This document shows, one piece after another, positions 25,101-37,100 of a stretch of DNA of 64,000 nt. The notes under the pieces were generated by a model, which was not told the DNA's origin, did not search any database, and saw nothing but the letters and a program-made list of their open reading frames with translations. A program made the translations under genes and the position numbers. The stretch comes from Macrostomum lignano (lineage: Eukaryota): positions 124,001-188,000 of the forward strand of contig NIVC01000600.1 of assembly GCA_002269645.1 (NCBI GenBank), read 5' to 3'. Numbering within the stretch: position 1 is the stretch's first letter; every line of letters starts with the position of its first letter.

Positions 25101-28100
25101 TCTTATCAGTTCCCCTTGAGTCCTTGTCTATCTTATCAGTTCCCCTTGAGTCCTTGTCTATCTTATCAGTTCCCCTTGAGTCCTTACCATCTTATCAGTT
25201 CCCCTTGAGTCCCTTGTCCATCTAATCAGTTCCCCTTGAGTCCTTGGCCATTTGAGCAATTCCCTTGAGTCCCTTGTCCATCTAATCAGTTCCCCTTGAG
25301 TCCTTGACCATCTTATCAGTTCCCCTTGAGTCCCTTGTCCATCTAATCAGTTCCCCTTGAGTCCTTGACCATCTTATCAGTTCCCCTTGAGTCCTTGTCT
25401 ATCTTATCAGTTCCCCTTGAGTCCTTGACCATCTTATCAGTTCCCCTTGAGTCCTTGTCTATCTTATCAGTTCCCCTTGAGTCCTTGACCATCTTATCAG
25501 TTCCCCTTGAGTCCCTTGTCCATCTAATCAGTTCCCCTTGAGTCCCTTGTCCATCTAATCAGTTCCCCTTGAGTCCCTTGTCCATCTAATCAGTTCCCCT
25601 TGAGTCCTTGTCCATCTGAACGATTCGCTTGAGTTCTTTTCCATCTGAGCGATTCCCTTCGAGTCCTTGACAATATAATCAGTTACCCTTGAGTCATGTC
25701 CATCTGAGCAATTCCCCTTCAGTCCTTCAATGTTTCTGCAATTACTACAATTTTACTCGTAGATCGACGCTAAGTTCGATTTATTTCCAAATCGAGCATA
25801 TATTGATGTGCAATTTTCATATTACTGACTTGCTACTAACAGTTCCCAGATCAGTAGTACCCGCAACATGTCTTTAAAATTTATATTTTAAGCGTCGTGT
25901 CGCAGTCGCCCGCCCTAGTAGAACCTGGCGTTGCTAAGCAACGGCAGCGCCAGTCCAGATCGATATCGGCTGTGACGGCGGCCCACTCCAGCGATCAGTG
26001 GCATAAAAGCCGAAGAACTCGGTTGCTAATGCTAATTCTGGAATCTGTTCACTTGTTGTAGTTTGAAATCGCATTTTTTAAAACTAGTTTGTTTTGTTTG
26101 AAGTTTCCAGTTCAAAGCAGCGTCAAGTTGCAAATAGTTGTATCGTTCTAGGCCACCAAGGCGCACAGAGTGTAAATGAGAAAGTCTGGGCCGCTGTACA
26201 TGTACATCCTGTGTGAGCGCCAGCTCGTGCGTCAGTGAAATGGAATAGGTCAATTTGCGGAAAAATCTCCTTTAACTTGAAGCTAGCCATCCCATTCGTA
26301 AGCCGCTTATTTTTCCTCTCCTTGGCAGGTCCTCCAGTGCGGATTCGAACAGATACGATGACCGATCCGAAGCCGAGGCCAAGGTGAGCGAGACAGTGCG
26401 CATATCAGTCAGTATCAGCCTGTACTTAATGTCCAGGGGGTTGTAGCCTACTGGTTTACGACTTGAAGGTCGGGGGTTCGATTCCCCATCCCACTCGGTA
26501 AAATGGGTGCCAGCATTAGCTGTGGTAATTGAGGATGTGTGTGACGACCCCCCCAGTCCTTGGACTGAACAGCCGTACGCAGTCTACAGATGCGACTGAG
26601 CTATCGGTTGCACGTTGGCCCAATTGGAGCAGGTTTAGTCAATTATTATTATTATTATTATTACTATTACGAGTACTTAATATCCACTTTTCCTAATGCT
26701 GATATTGAAAAGTGGCACCTTTTTCCCCACTACAATGCTGACACTACAAAGTGGCACCTGTAAGGTTTAGCGAATTTGTAACAAAGGCCACTAGATTGGT
26801 TGCGGTTGCGCAATCAAGTTACATTTTGATTTGACAGCTGTGGAACCTAGGCACATGTGTAAAATGATTTATTACAATTTCTGTCGGTTGTCACTGTAAA
26901 CTCAAAATTGCTCCAATCCTACATTCAAAGGGCCCCTCTGAAGATCCTCAAGTGAGCAATAAAAATAATTTATTTCCATTTGCTCGGTTAACTGGCTTGC
27001 ATTTTTATAATTTGCGGTCGGAACAGTTCTATTCTACATGATACTACTACTAGTAGCTAAAATCGGCTGCTAAAATAATGCCACACTTATTGCTTTGAAT
27101 GTTGTAGTGCAAAATCTCTATAATTTGGCTGCTTTCTAATAATTCATAATTATTACTTAATTAGCTAATTCCGCTGCTTTAACAATTAAGAGTATTTTTG
27201 TATTTTTTATTGCAGCCGGCAATCTAACATTAACTGTAAAATCAAGCATGCATTCCTAATGTACATTTAATGTGCATACTCAGGAAGCACATGTGTACAT
27301 TTGGTTTGACATATAGATCACCTCTCTCTCTCCCTCTCTCTCCCTGTCTTCCACCTCTTCTCTACTGTTTTGAGTCTCACTTGCTCCGTACAAATATTTC
27401 AACTTGTGGAAGGACTCAGTGCCATGTTTTTAATCTGCATTACAGCTTAACACAATGATTGAGTCAAACGCTAGATAAAATACCATACTCTGGTTTATTA
27501 TTATTATTAGATGAACAAGGACAAGGAGAGGGAACTGGAATTGCGAGAGAAGGAGGAACTGGAATTAGCTCTGGCCTTGAGCGCCTCCGAGGCTGAATCT
27601 AAGACCAATCAGGTAAGTTATTAATGCGCTGCCGTGTTTCTCTGTTGCTATGCTAGTGGTTTTTCAGGCCTTTTTAATCTTCATTTTCTTTTGATTAGAA
27701 CTTTTGCCAAAATATAAAGAGATTTGTGTTCGCTGTCATTCTAGGGTATGAGATTTCTGTGCGCTGTCATATTCTAGGGTATGAGATTTCTGTGCGCTGT
27801 CATATTGTCATATTCTAGCGGGAGGGATTTCTGTCTTATCGGACGTTACCGAGCAGTCATATCCCCAATTATTTCCCATATCTTCCCTCAGCGCTCCAAG
27901 CCACGCCAGCAGCAGGCGGCTGCCAGCGGCTCACCTTCGGCTGCTCCTGCGGGCTCAGGCGGGGGTCTGTACTCTAAACTGGACACGTCCGGCATGGACC
28001 CCGAATTGGTGGTGTATCTGGATCGGAACTACTGGGAGAAGAGAAGGCGCGACGGTCAGCAACAGGAGGCTCAAGCAAGCGCCGGAGTTTCCAAGGCGAC

Positions 28101-31100
28101 AACTGCGACAGCTGGGACGGCTGCTACTGCGGCTGCGGCTTCTTTCACTGTTGCTTCTTCTCAGGAGCAGTCAGCTGTGCAGAAAGGCGGACAGACCAAC
28201 GTAAGTAATTTTTTCTTAGGAAATAAATCTACATTTTACTTTTTAATTCGTCAATAGCGAACTCTTCTGATTCTTTCTAATGTAACGCATTCGGCGTAGC
28301 TTTATTTTTGAACATGACATACTTTTTAGTCTACTTAAAGTAGAAAGTAAAGCATCTTTGCTCTATTTTTTGCTTGCAAATTGCTGCAAACTAAATTATT
28401 GTACACACAGTGCACGGAATGAGTGAGTAGTCTGTTTGTTTAAAGCCTGCCGAATGAAGAATGCAAACTGTGCAGCGACTAAGGAAATATGAAATACCTT
28501 ACCTATCTACGTCACTCTACATGTAAACTGATAATGGAATTTCCTTGCTGAGCAACAAGATTTACTCTAGCTAGCATGGGGAGGTAAAACAGGGTCAACC
28601 TTGGCAAGTCAGCTAACTTGTGTGGCGTAGTGAATGAATGACTTGAGTGGCGGGCTTTGCAAAGCAGAGCGCATATAGCATATAGCATGATATATGCGTC
28701 ATGCGTGCGACTGGCAAACTGGCGCTAGCGTAGCAATTTCAACACCCTGCTGGCCTTAGCCTTGGTTCATGGGTTTTCGCATTTTTTGGATCAAAGTAAA
28801 AAATCGATTACCCCTTTAATCCTAACTTTTCTGGTTTCGCGCCATCTGCTTTCGGTTTCACCTAGTTAATAGAATTCCCAAGTATGACTAACGACTTGTT
28901 GAAACAGAACAGGCGGAAATGCAAGCCGGCATACATTTCGTACAGTCAGTCGCTCTCTGTGCATCATGCCTTAATTTGTTAACAGTTGCCTGTCTCTTCC
29001 AACTTGCTATAGTTGTCTCCGCTTATGTGTGAAATTGGGCGATGCGCAATTTCGGTTCAGATTTGAATTGATTTTGTTATAATTAGAAATCCTTCCTAAC
29101 TAGTGAATGAAGACGCTGTCGTCTTCAAAGGTGGGACGATGGTTTATATTGTGTCCATTATTGTTTATGGCTATGACATCTATTTATTTAACCTAAATTG
29201 AGAGCTAAAAAGCCCCCCACGCTCCTGGCATTAGTTAGTCTAGTGGTATAGTGGGGGACTGGCCGCCCCCCACGCCCCTGGCATTAGTTAGTCTAGTGGT
29301 ATAGTGGGGGCTGGCCGCCCCCACGCCCCTGGCATTAGTTAGTCTAGTGGTATAGTGGGGGGCTGGCCGCCCCCACGCCCCTGGCATTTGTTAGTCTAGT
29401 GGTATAGTGGGGGGCTGGCCGCCCCCACGCCCCTGGCATTTATTAGTCTAGTGGTATAGTGGGGGCTCGCCGCCCCCCACGCCCCTGGCATTAGTTAGTC
29501 TAAGTGGTATAGTGGGGGGCTGGCCACCCCCACGCCCCTGGCATTAGTTAGTCTAGTGGTATAGTGGGTGGCTGGCCGCCCCCCACGCCCCTGGCATTAG
29601 TTAGTCTAGTGGTATAGTGGGGGCTGGCCGCCCCCCACGCCCCTGGCATTAGTTAGTCTAGTGGTATAGTGGGGGGCTGGCCGCCCCCCACGCCCCTGGC
29701 ATTAGTTAGTCTAGTGGTATAGTGGGGGGCTGGCCGCCCCCCACGCCCCTAGCATTAGTTAGTCTAGTGGTATAGTGGTATAGTGGGGGGGCTAGCCGCC
29801 CCCCACGCCCCTGGCATTAGTTAGTCTAGTGGTATAGTGGGGGGCTGGCCGCCCCCACGCCCCTGGCATTAGTTAGTCTAGTGGTATAGTGGGGGGCTGG
29901 CCGCCCCCACGCCCCTGGCATTAGTTAGTCTAGTGGTATAGTGGGGGGCTGGCCACCCCCCACGCCCCTGGCATTAGTTAGTCTAGTGGTATAGTGGGGG
30001 CTGGCCACCCCCCACGCCCCTGGCATTAGTTAGTCTAGTGGTATAGTGGGGGGCTGGCCGCCCCCACGCCCCTGGCATTAGTTAGTCTAGTGGTATAGTG
30101 GGGGGCTGGCCGCCCCCACGCCCCTGGCATTAGTTAGTCTAGTGGTATAGTGGGGGGCTGGCCGCCCCCCACGCCCCTGGCATTAGTTAGTCTAAGTGGT
30201 ATAGTGGGGGCTGGCCGCCCCCCACGCCCCTGGCATTAGTTAGTCTAGTGGTATAGTGGGGGCTGGCCGCCCCCACGCCCCTGGCATTAGTTAGTCTAGT
30301 GGTATAGTGGGGGGCTGGCCGCCCCCACGCCCCTGGCATTAGTTAGTCTAAGTGGTATAGTGGGGGCTGGCCGCCCCCACGCCCCTGGCATTAGTTAGTC
30401 TAGTGGTATAGTGGGGGCTGGCCACCCCCACGCCCCTGGCATTAGTTAGTCTAGTGGTATAGTGGGGGGCTGGCCGCCCCCCACGCCCCTGGCATTTATT
30501 AGTCTAGTGGTATAGTGGGGGGCTCGCCGCCCCCACGCCCCTGGCATTAGTTAGTCTAAGTGGTATAGTGGGGGGCTGGCCGCCCCCACGCCCCTGGCAT
30601 TAGTTAGTCTAGTGGTATAGTGGTATAGTGGGGGCTGGCCGCCCCCACACACCTGGCATTAGTTAGTCTAGTGGTATAGTAGGGGGCTGGCCGCCCCCAC
30701 GCCCCTGGCATTAGTTAGTCTAGTGGTATAGTGGGGGCTGGCCGCCCCCACGCCCCTGGCATTAGTTAGTCTAGTGGTATAGTGGGGGGCTGGCCGCCCC
30801 CCACGCCCCTGGCATTAGTTAGTCTAAGTGGTATAGTGGGGGGCTTGCCGCCCCCCACGCCCCTGGCATTAGTTAGTCTAGTGGTATAGTGGGGGCTGGC
30901 CACCCCCACGCCCCTGGCATTAGTTAGTCTAGTGGTATAGTGGGGGCTGGCCGCCCCCACGCCCCTGGCATTAGTTAGTCTAGTGGTATAGTGGGGGGCT
31001 GGCCGCCCCCCACGCCCCTGGCATTAGTTAGTCTAGTGGTATAGTGGGGGGCTGGCCGCCCCCCACGCCCCTGGCATTAGTTAGTCTAAGTGGTATAGTG

Positions 31101-34100
31101 GGGGGCTGCCGCCCCCACGCCCCTGGCATTAGTTAGTCTAGTGGTATAGTGGGGGGCTGGCCGCCCCCCACGCCCCTGGCATTAGTTAGTCTAGTGGTAT
31201 AGTGGTATAGTGGGGGGCTAGCCGCCCCCCACGCCCCTGGCATTAGTTAGTCTAGTGGTATAGTGGGGGGCTGGCCGCCCCCCACGCCCCTGGCATTAGT
31301 TAGTCTAGTGGTATAGTAGGGGGCTGGCCGCCCCCACGCCCCTGGCATTATTAGTCTAGTGGTATAGTGGGGGCTAGCCGCCCCCCACGCCCCTGGCATT
31401 AGTTAGTCTAGTGGTATAGTGGGGGCTGGCCGCCCCCCACGCCCCTGGCATTAGTTAGTCTAGTGGTATAGTGGGGGCTGGCCACCCCCACGCCCCTGGC
31501 ATTAGTTAGTCTAGTGGTATAGTGGGGGGCTGGCCACCCCCACGCCCCTGGCATTAGTTAGTCTAGTGGTATAGTGGGGGGCTGGCCGCCCCCCACGCCC
31601 CTGGCATTAGTTAGTCTAGTGGTATAGTGGGGGCTGGCCGCCCCCCACGCCCCTGGCATTAGTTAGTCTAGTGGTATAGTGGGGGGCTGGCCGCCCCCCA
31701 CGCCCCTGGCATTAGTTAGTCTAAGTGGTATAGTGGGGGCTGGCCGCCCCCCACGCCCCTGGCATTAGTTAGTCTAGTGGTATAGTGGGGGCTGGCCGCC
31801 CCCCACGCCCCTGGCATTAGTTAGTCTAGTGGTATAGTGGGGGGCTGGCCGCCCCCACGCCCCTGGCATTAGTTAGTCTAAGTGGTATAGTGGGGGGCTG
31901 GCCGCCCCCACGCCCCTGGCATTAGTTAGTCTAGTGGTATAGTGGGGGGCTGGCCACCCCCACGCCCCTGGCATTAGTTAGTCTAGTGGTATAGTGGGGG
32001 GCTGGCCGCCCCCCACGCCCCTGGCATTTATTAGTCTAGTGGTATAGTGGGGGGCTCGCCGCCCCCCACACACCTGGCATTAGTTAGTCTAGTGGTATAG
32101 TAGGGGGCTGGCCGCCCCCACGCCCCTGGCATTAGTTAGTCTAGTGGTATAGTGGGGGCTGGCCGCCCCCACGCCCCTGGCATTAGTTAGTCTAGTGGTA
32201 TAGTGGGGGCTGGCCGCCCCCACGCCCCTGGCATTAGTTAGTCTAAGTGGTATAGTGGGGGGCTTGCCGCCCCCCACGCCCCTGGCATTAGTTAGTCTAG
32301 TGGTATAGTGGGGGCTGGCCACCCCCACGCCCCTGGCATTAGTTAGTCTAGTGGTATAGTGGGGGCTGGCCGCCCCCCACGCCCCTGGCATTAGTTAGTC
32401 TAGTGGTATAGTGGGGGGCTGGCCGCCCCCCACGCCCCTGGCATTAGTTAGTCTAGTGGTATAGTAGGGGGCTGGCCGCCCCCACGCCCCTGGCATTTAT
32501 TAGTCTAGTGGTATAGTGGGGGCTGGCCGCCCCCACGCCCCTGGCATTAGTTTCTCTAGTGGTATAGTGGGGGCTGGCCGCCCCCACGCCCCTGGCATTA
32601 GTTAGTCTAGTGGTATAGTGGGGGCTGGCCGCCCCCCACGCCACTGGCATTAGTTAGTCTAGTGGTATAGTGGGGGCTGGCCGCCCCCACACCCCTGGCA
32701 TTAGTTTCTCTAGTGGTATAGTGGGGAGTTGGCCGCCCCCACGCCCCTGGCATTAGTTTGTCTAGTGGTATAGTGGAGGGCTGGCCGCCCCCACACCCCC
32801 GCTCCCCCACCCCTCCGCGCGTTGTTGTTGGGGAGGGTGGTTGTTGTTGTGGGGTTTGCGTAACGTGGGGGCTGCCGCCCCCACACCCCCGCTCCCCCAC
32901 CCCTCCGCGCGTTGTTGTTGGGGAGGGTGGTTGTTGTTGTGGGGTTTGCGTAACGTGGGGGCTGCCGCCCCCACACCCCCGCTCCCCACCCCTCCCGCAC
33001 ATTGTTGTTGGGGAGGGTGGTTGTTGTTGTGGGGTTTGCGTAACGTGGGGGCTGCCGCCCCCACACCCCCGCTCCCCCACCCCACCCCTCCGCAACTTTT
33101 CCCACCTCTAACACATCTTTTTAGCATGCTAAAACTGCTTGTAAGCCTTTGGCGACCGCGCAACACATGATACTTGCCGATATGTATCGTAATATTCTTT
33201 CTGCACTAACAAATCATCTGTGCCGCACTTTCAGCTTCACTCTTACTCTTTAATAAGGTATACAAGGAAAGGAAAATTAAACAATCAATATTAAATTATA
33301 TTCAAGTGAAAGAGAATTGAAAATACTAATAAATCCGTTCCTGCTAAAAAATTAAATATAAAAAAAACTTGGCCCACTTGGGATTCGAACCCGTGTTTAG
33401 GCCATTTACAAAGCAACTGCCTTCGGCCCCGATCCATCTCTTACTTAAGCGAAGCTCTACAGTGCACGCCGTTTATATCGAATATTCCCTATGGTAGCCA
33501 CTTTTACGATTTTTGCTGCTTTTTCATACATTTCTGCTCGCTGCATCGCAGCGCCTTCATCTAAAAATGCGAGTCGCATGTCGTTACAGAGATAACATCA
33601 AGGCGCATTCATCTAATGCATTTTTAAAGTATGTCAACAAATTTTACGCCTCCTAGGCGCCAAATTGTGCATTTTCACCTGTTCTGACAGGTATTCAAAC
33701 AGGTATTAAGACCTATTAACTTAAGAATCAGTTTTCAAAACTAATTTAGTTGCACAGTGCATCCATAGTGCTGTTTTTAGACACCAAAATTGAGTCTCTA
33801 GGCCTTGCCAATGCAGAGTTATTAGCAAAAGTATGCTCAAAATTTGCCCAAAAATAGCCTTCTCAAAATTCGGAGCCAATTTTCTCAAAAATACGAATTT
33901 TCCAGCCATATTGGCGTATGACCGGTGTAACTTCATCTATTCGACTAAACAATATTGAAAATGCAGAAAAATCGGTGCGCAAAATTTCTTATTTTTCCAC
34001 TTCAAAGTTTGTACCCCAAAATGGGCCGTTTTTCACTTAACAGGTAAAAAGTACCTGTTAACAGGGGTTTTTTCAGGAGTGTCTTATGTCATTCAAAAGG

Positions 34101-37100
34101 GCATCCGATGGGCTACAATTTGACGCCATACTCGAAAAACTTTGCCCCATTTTAAAAAAATTTCCTTAACAACGTCTGATTTTCTGCAGTGCCCCCCGGC
34201 CTCTTTTTTCCCTGGTTTTCGGGTCACTGCTCAGCACAGGTAGGTCCAAATGCTTAGAAAATTTAGGAAAACAAATTTCCATATGTTTGACACATCGTGT
34301 TAAAGTCTCACCACTGTAGCATAAAACACTTTTTCAAGTTTGAGGACTACTTTTTTAAAACGTGACCCAATTTTTTGAAAATGTCGTTTTTAGGCACTCT
34401 TTGGCACCTGGGCAGGTTATTGATGGCCCAATAAGCCAAATCTCGATGTTTCCGAATAGAAGACATCTATTTGAGTAATTTGGTGTAGAAATATTAAAAA
34501 ATAAAGTTTTTAATCTCGACGAGATAGGCCTCACAAAAGTGCACTAAAAATTTGTACTTTTAAAGTGCAGATAGGCAGCCATGTGAAAAGTACATTTTAG
34601 CCCTAAAAACTATAGCGCATCAAACAGCCCCAGGTGTTATTGACGCTATGAGGCAGCTCAAAGGCCGCGCTATCGCGCGTCCTTTTCGCTGCGGTGAGGC
34701 AAAGTTGGAAAAAATGCCAATTTTTCGACCTCAAAAAACACGTTTTTTGTACTTTTAGCCTAGACGTTAAAGTACAATAAAAAAATCCATTTCTGATCAT
34801 TGTAGCGTTCGAATGCCCGCGTTTACTGAGCCAGCCCGCTAAGCGCTGCCATATTCTCAATCCTTATTTTTTGAGATCAAAGTTTTTGACAAAGTCGAAA
34901 AAACGCAGTTTTTGGTTGCCATGGCAACCAAAACGCATTGCCATGGCAACCAACTATTGTGCATCCGATAGCGCTAGGTCTTTGACACATTTTGGCAAAA
35001 ACCGTTTGTAAATTGGTCGTACCGTTTTTTATTGGCAGCGTTTAAAAGTTGAAAAACGTCATTTTTAGTGTGTGCAACCACGTTACATCTTATCAGGGAC
35101 GATTTCGCAAAAGTAAGCACCATAGAAAAAAATTCTCGCTTCGCTCGCCTTTTTTTCTATACTACTTACTGGCTCATCGTCCCACAACAAGTTGGGTTGG
35201 GGTGGGTAGTGGGCGCGGGCTTATTTGAGACAGGAATCACAGGATTGACTAATTTAAACACATTTTAACTTAAGATAGAAAATGCCTTCTAGATAAGAAA
35301 ATATATAATGGGGTTGCGGGCCGTATGGCTGGTGCTGGCTGGGGATGGTTTGGTTCGCCAGTTGCGTTGTAAAACGCCACCGGAACGAACAACCCCAAAC
35401 CCGATTGAAAATGTAAAGTTATATAGAAAATGACTGGAACGGAATTGGAAAGGGATAGAGGGGTTTGGGGGTGAAGAAAGGACACGACGGGCACAGCGAA
35501 AACTTTGCCCCGATGCTGTCCGTGGGCCAGCCCCTCCTCTCTGTCCTTAATAGTTAGGGGACTTGTCGCCCGCGTACATTTTGGCTTAACGCGGCTGAAC
35601 CAGCCCCCCCCCCAAGCCCTTTGCAGGTCACCAAAAAGACCTCATTTTCGCCATTGGCTCCGTCTGACTCAGCTCCTTTCATTCCCTTCCTTCCAAGTCT
35701 AAACCAAACCTTCTCCCTCCTGATAGCGATGGGGTGGCGGGTTTCGGGGGGGGGGGGGTATCCGACACTTCCAATTATAGGCTGACCCATCCCACCCCCT
35801 CAGCTTTCAGCGCATGTGTGCGCGGGGGGCACCGAAATTGGTCCGTCCGACCCGCGAAATTCATCCATAGAAAGAAGCCTTAGTGCTTGCTTGCGACTGG
35901 CTGAACTGACTTTTAAGAGTCAAGACCCAAACATGCTGTAAATGCGAATACAGCCGGGACAGCAGGCAGTCTGGCATATAGCTTTACCTTACCACTGTGC
36001 GAATGCCACCTCTTGTGTATAAACAACAACTTATTTAGCTAAACTGACTGTAAGACACTGAGCGTCGAACTGCAGCACATCGCGCTTGCTTAATAAAAAT
36101 TTCACGATTCTGTAATTCGCTACCTCGGCAATGAGTCTTGGCGACGGCGTTTACGTCGACGGCAGCTGGGAGTTGAGCATCTTAGTTGATGATTTGCAAT
36201 TAACTCGCCGACTGCGCGTCAACGGCGAGACTCACATAGGCGGCCTGATGCTTCGCTTAGTTGAAGCCATCGACGTGCGAATGGACTGGTCAGATCACGG
36301 CCTGTGGTGGCCGGCGCATAATCGTTGGTTATTAAAAACTCGGCACACCCTTGATCAGTGCGGAGTGCAAGCCGACGCTAAACTGGAATTCCATCGGATG
36401 CACGGCTACGCTCGAGTTCAGCTGCCCGACTTGCAGGAAATAGAAATGCGCCTCAGCTTTGCTCAAACGGTATTTGCTGTTGTAGTTTCCGCCTGTCGAG
36501 AGCTCGGCATCCGTCACCCCGAGGAGCTCTCGTTGCAGGCCGACGGACTTCAGGGCGCCGCGTCTTGCGATGGTAACAACGGCGACAGCGGGGACAGCAG
36601 TAGCGGCAGTCTGCTTCGGACTGGCCATAAAAAGAAGAGCCCGTCGAGTCCGATGCGACCCTCGCCGAGTCCTCGATCGGCCGCTTCGCTTGGCAGCCTC
36701 GGTGGCAGCCTAGGCGACTGCATCGACGGCGGCGGCAGCGTGGCCACCCTGGCTGACAGTCCGAGAGTGAAGGCGACATCGACAGCTTCGCCGCGTCACC
36801 AGCGCGGCAATCGGCGGCCTCCTCGCACGCCGTTAGAACGGGCGGTGGCCAGCGGTGTAGAGTCCTGGCTTGACTCGTCCCGCAGCCTGATGGAGCAGGG
36901 GCTGCGACCCTGCGGCGACAGCTTGTCTAGCGGGCCATTGAGGCTTCGCTTTAAATTTCACGCTCACTACGATTTGAATCCTCAGCTGGACGCTGTTCGC
37001 ATTAACCAGCTGTACGAGCAGGCGAAGTGGTCAGTGCTGATTGGCGAGCAGCAGTGCACGGAGGAGGAGGCCATGTTGTTAGCCGCACTGCAGCTGCAGG

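Noticed and set aside
30766-33170. ORFs in the hairpin satellite and 82-bp repeats
   Set aside because: Repeat translations with no domain content.
33370-33460. Reverse-strand GGTTCGAATCCC as a possible tRNA gene
   Set aside because: Only the B-box/T-arm matches; I could not fold a cloverleaf. The same applies to the SINE heads at 26440 and 57790.
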